The notes beneath the pieces were generated by a model. The model was not told the origin of the DNA. It saw nothing but the letters and a program-made list of their open reading frames with translations, and did not search any database. Of a DNA stretch of 64,000 nucleotides, positions 63,974 through 64,000 are shown piece by piece. The number at the start of each line of letters is the position of its first letter. Positions within the stretch are counted from its first letter, which is position 1. Made by a program: the position numbers and the translations under genes. The stretch comes from a virus, in IMG/VR virus record IMGVR_UViG_3300037840_000227, positions 1 through 64,000 of that record. One strand, 5' to 3'.

Positions 63974-64000
63974 GCAGAGCTCCGACGAAGCCGCAAAGTC

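Noticed and set aside
1-64000. Genome-wide stop-codon reassignment suggested by the UUA tRNA
   Set aside because: Core genes are intact in code 11 and end in TAA, TAG and TGA with tight stop/start overlaps; only one internal TAG was noticed
1-64000. Prophage boundaries (integrase, att sites, host genes)
   Set aside because: None seen, so prophage versus free phage cannot be decided from this window

Overview
The whole 64 kb window looks like part of a GC-rich podovirus-type (T7/BPP-1-like virion module) bacteriophage or prophage, probably infecting a Rhizobiales-type alphaproteobacterium. From left to right it holds: (i) a ~10 kb translationally coupled operon of signal-peptide-bearing, Cys-rich, fibre/adhesin-like proteins (LamG, Ig-like, beta-helix, two GH16-like domains); (ii) a 1.86 kb non-autonomous IS1-family element with 16-bp TIRs and an 8-bp TSD, carrying a colicin E3-like RNase, a putative immunity gene and a Ser-type tRNA with an ochre (UUA) anticodon and a 41-nt variable arm; (iii) terminase large subunit with a class-3-type intein, portal and scaffold; (iv) an array of ~35 tRNA genes covering all 20 amino acids, many structurally atypical, plus a manA-like ncRNA, inserted between the scaffold and major capsid genes; (v) capsid, tail tube, ejection (internal virion) proteins and a split tail fibre whose distal part has a signal peptide; (vi) nucleotide hydrolases, lysis genes, an HpnG-like phosphorylase and many small membrane or secreted proteins; (vii) the end of a convergent minus-strand gene block. 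Eight free-standing HNH-type endonuclease genes are scattered through the window. All family calls come from motif recognition by eye; no searches were run.
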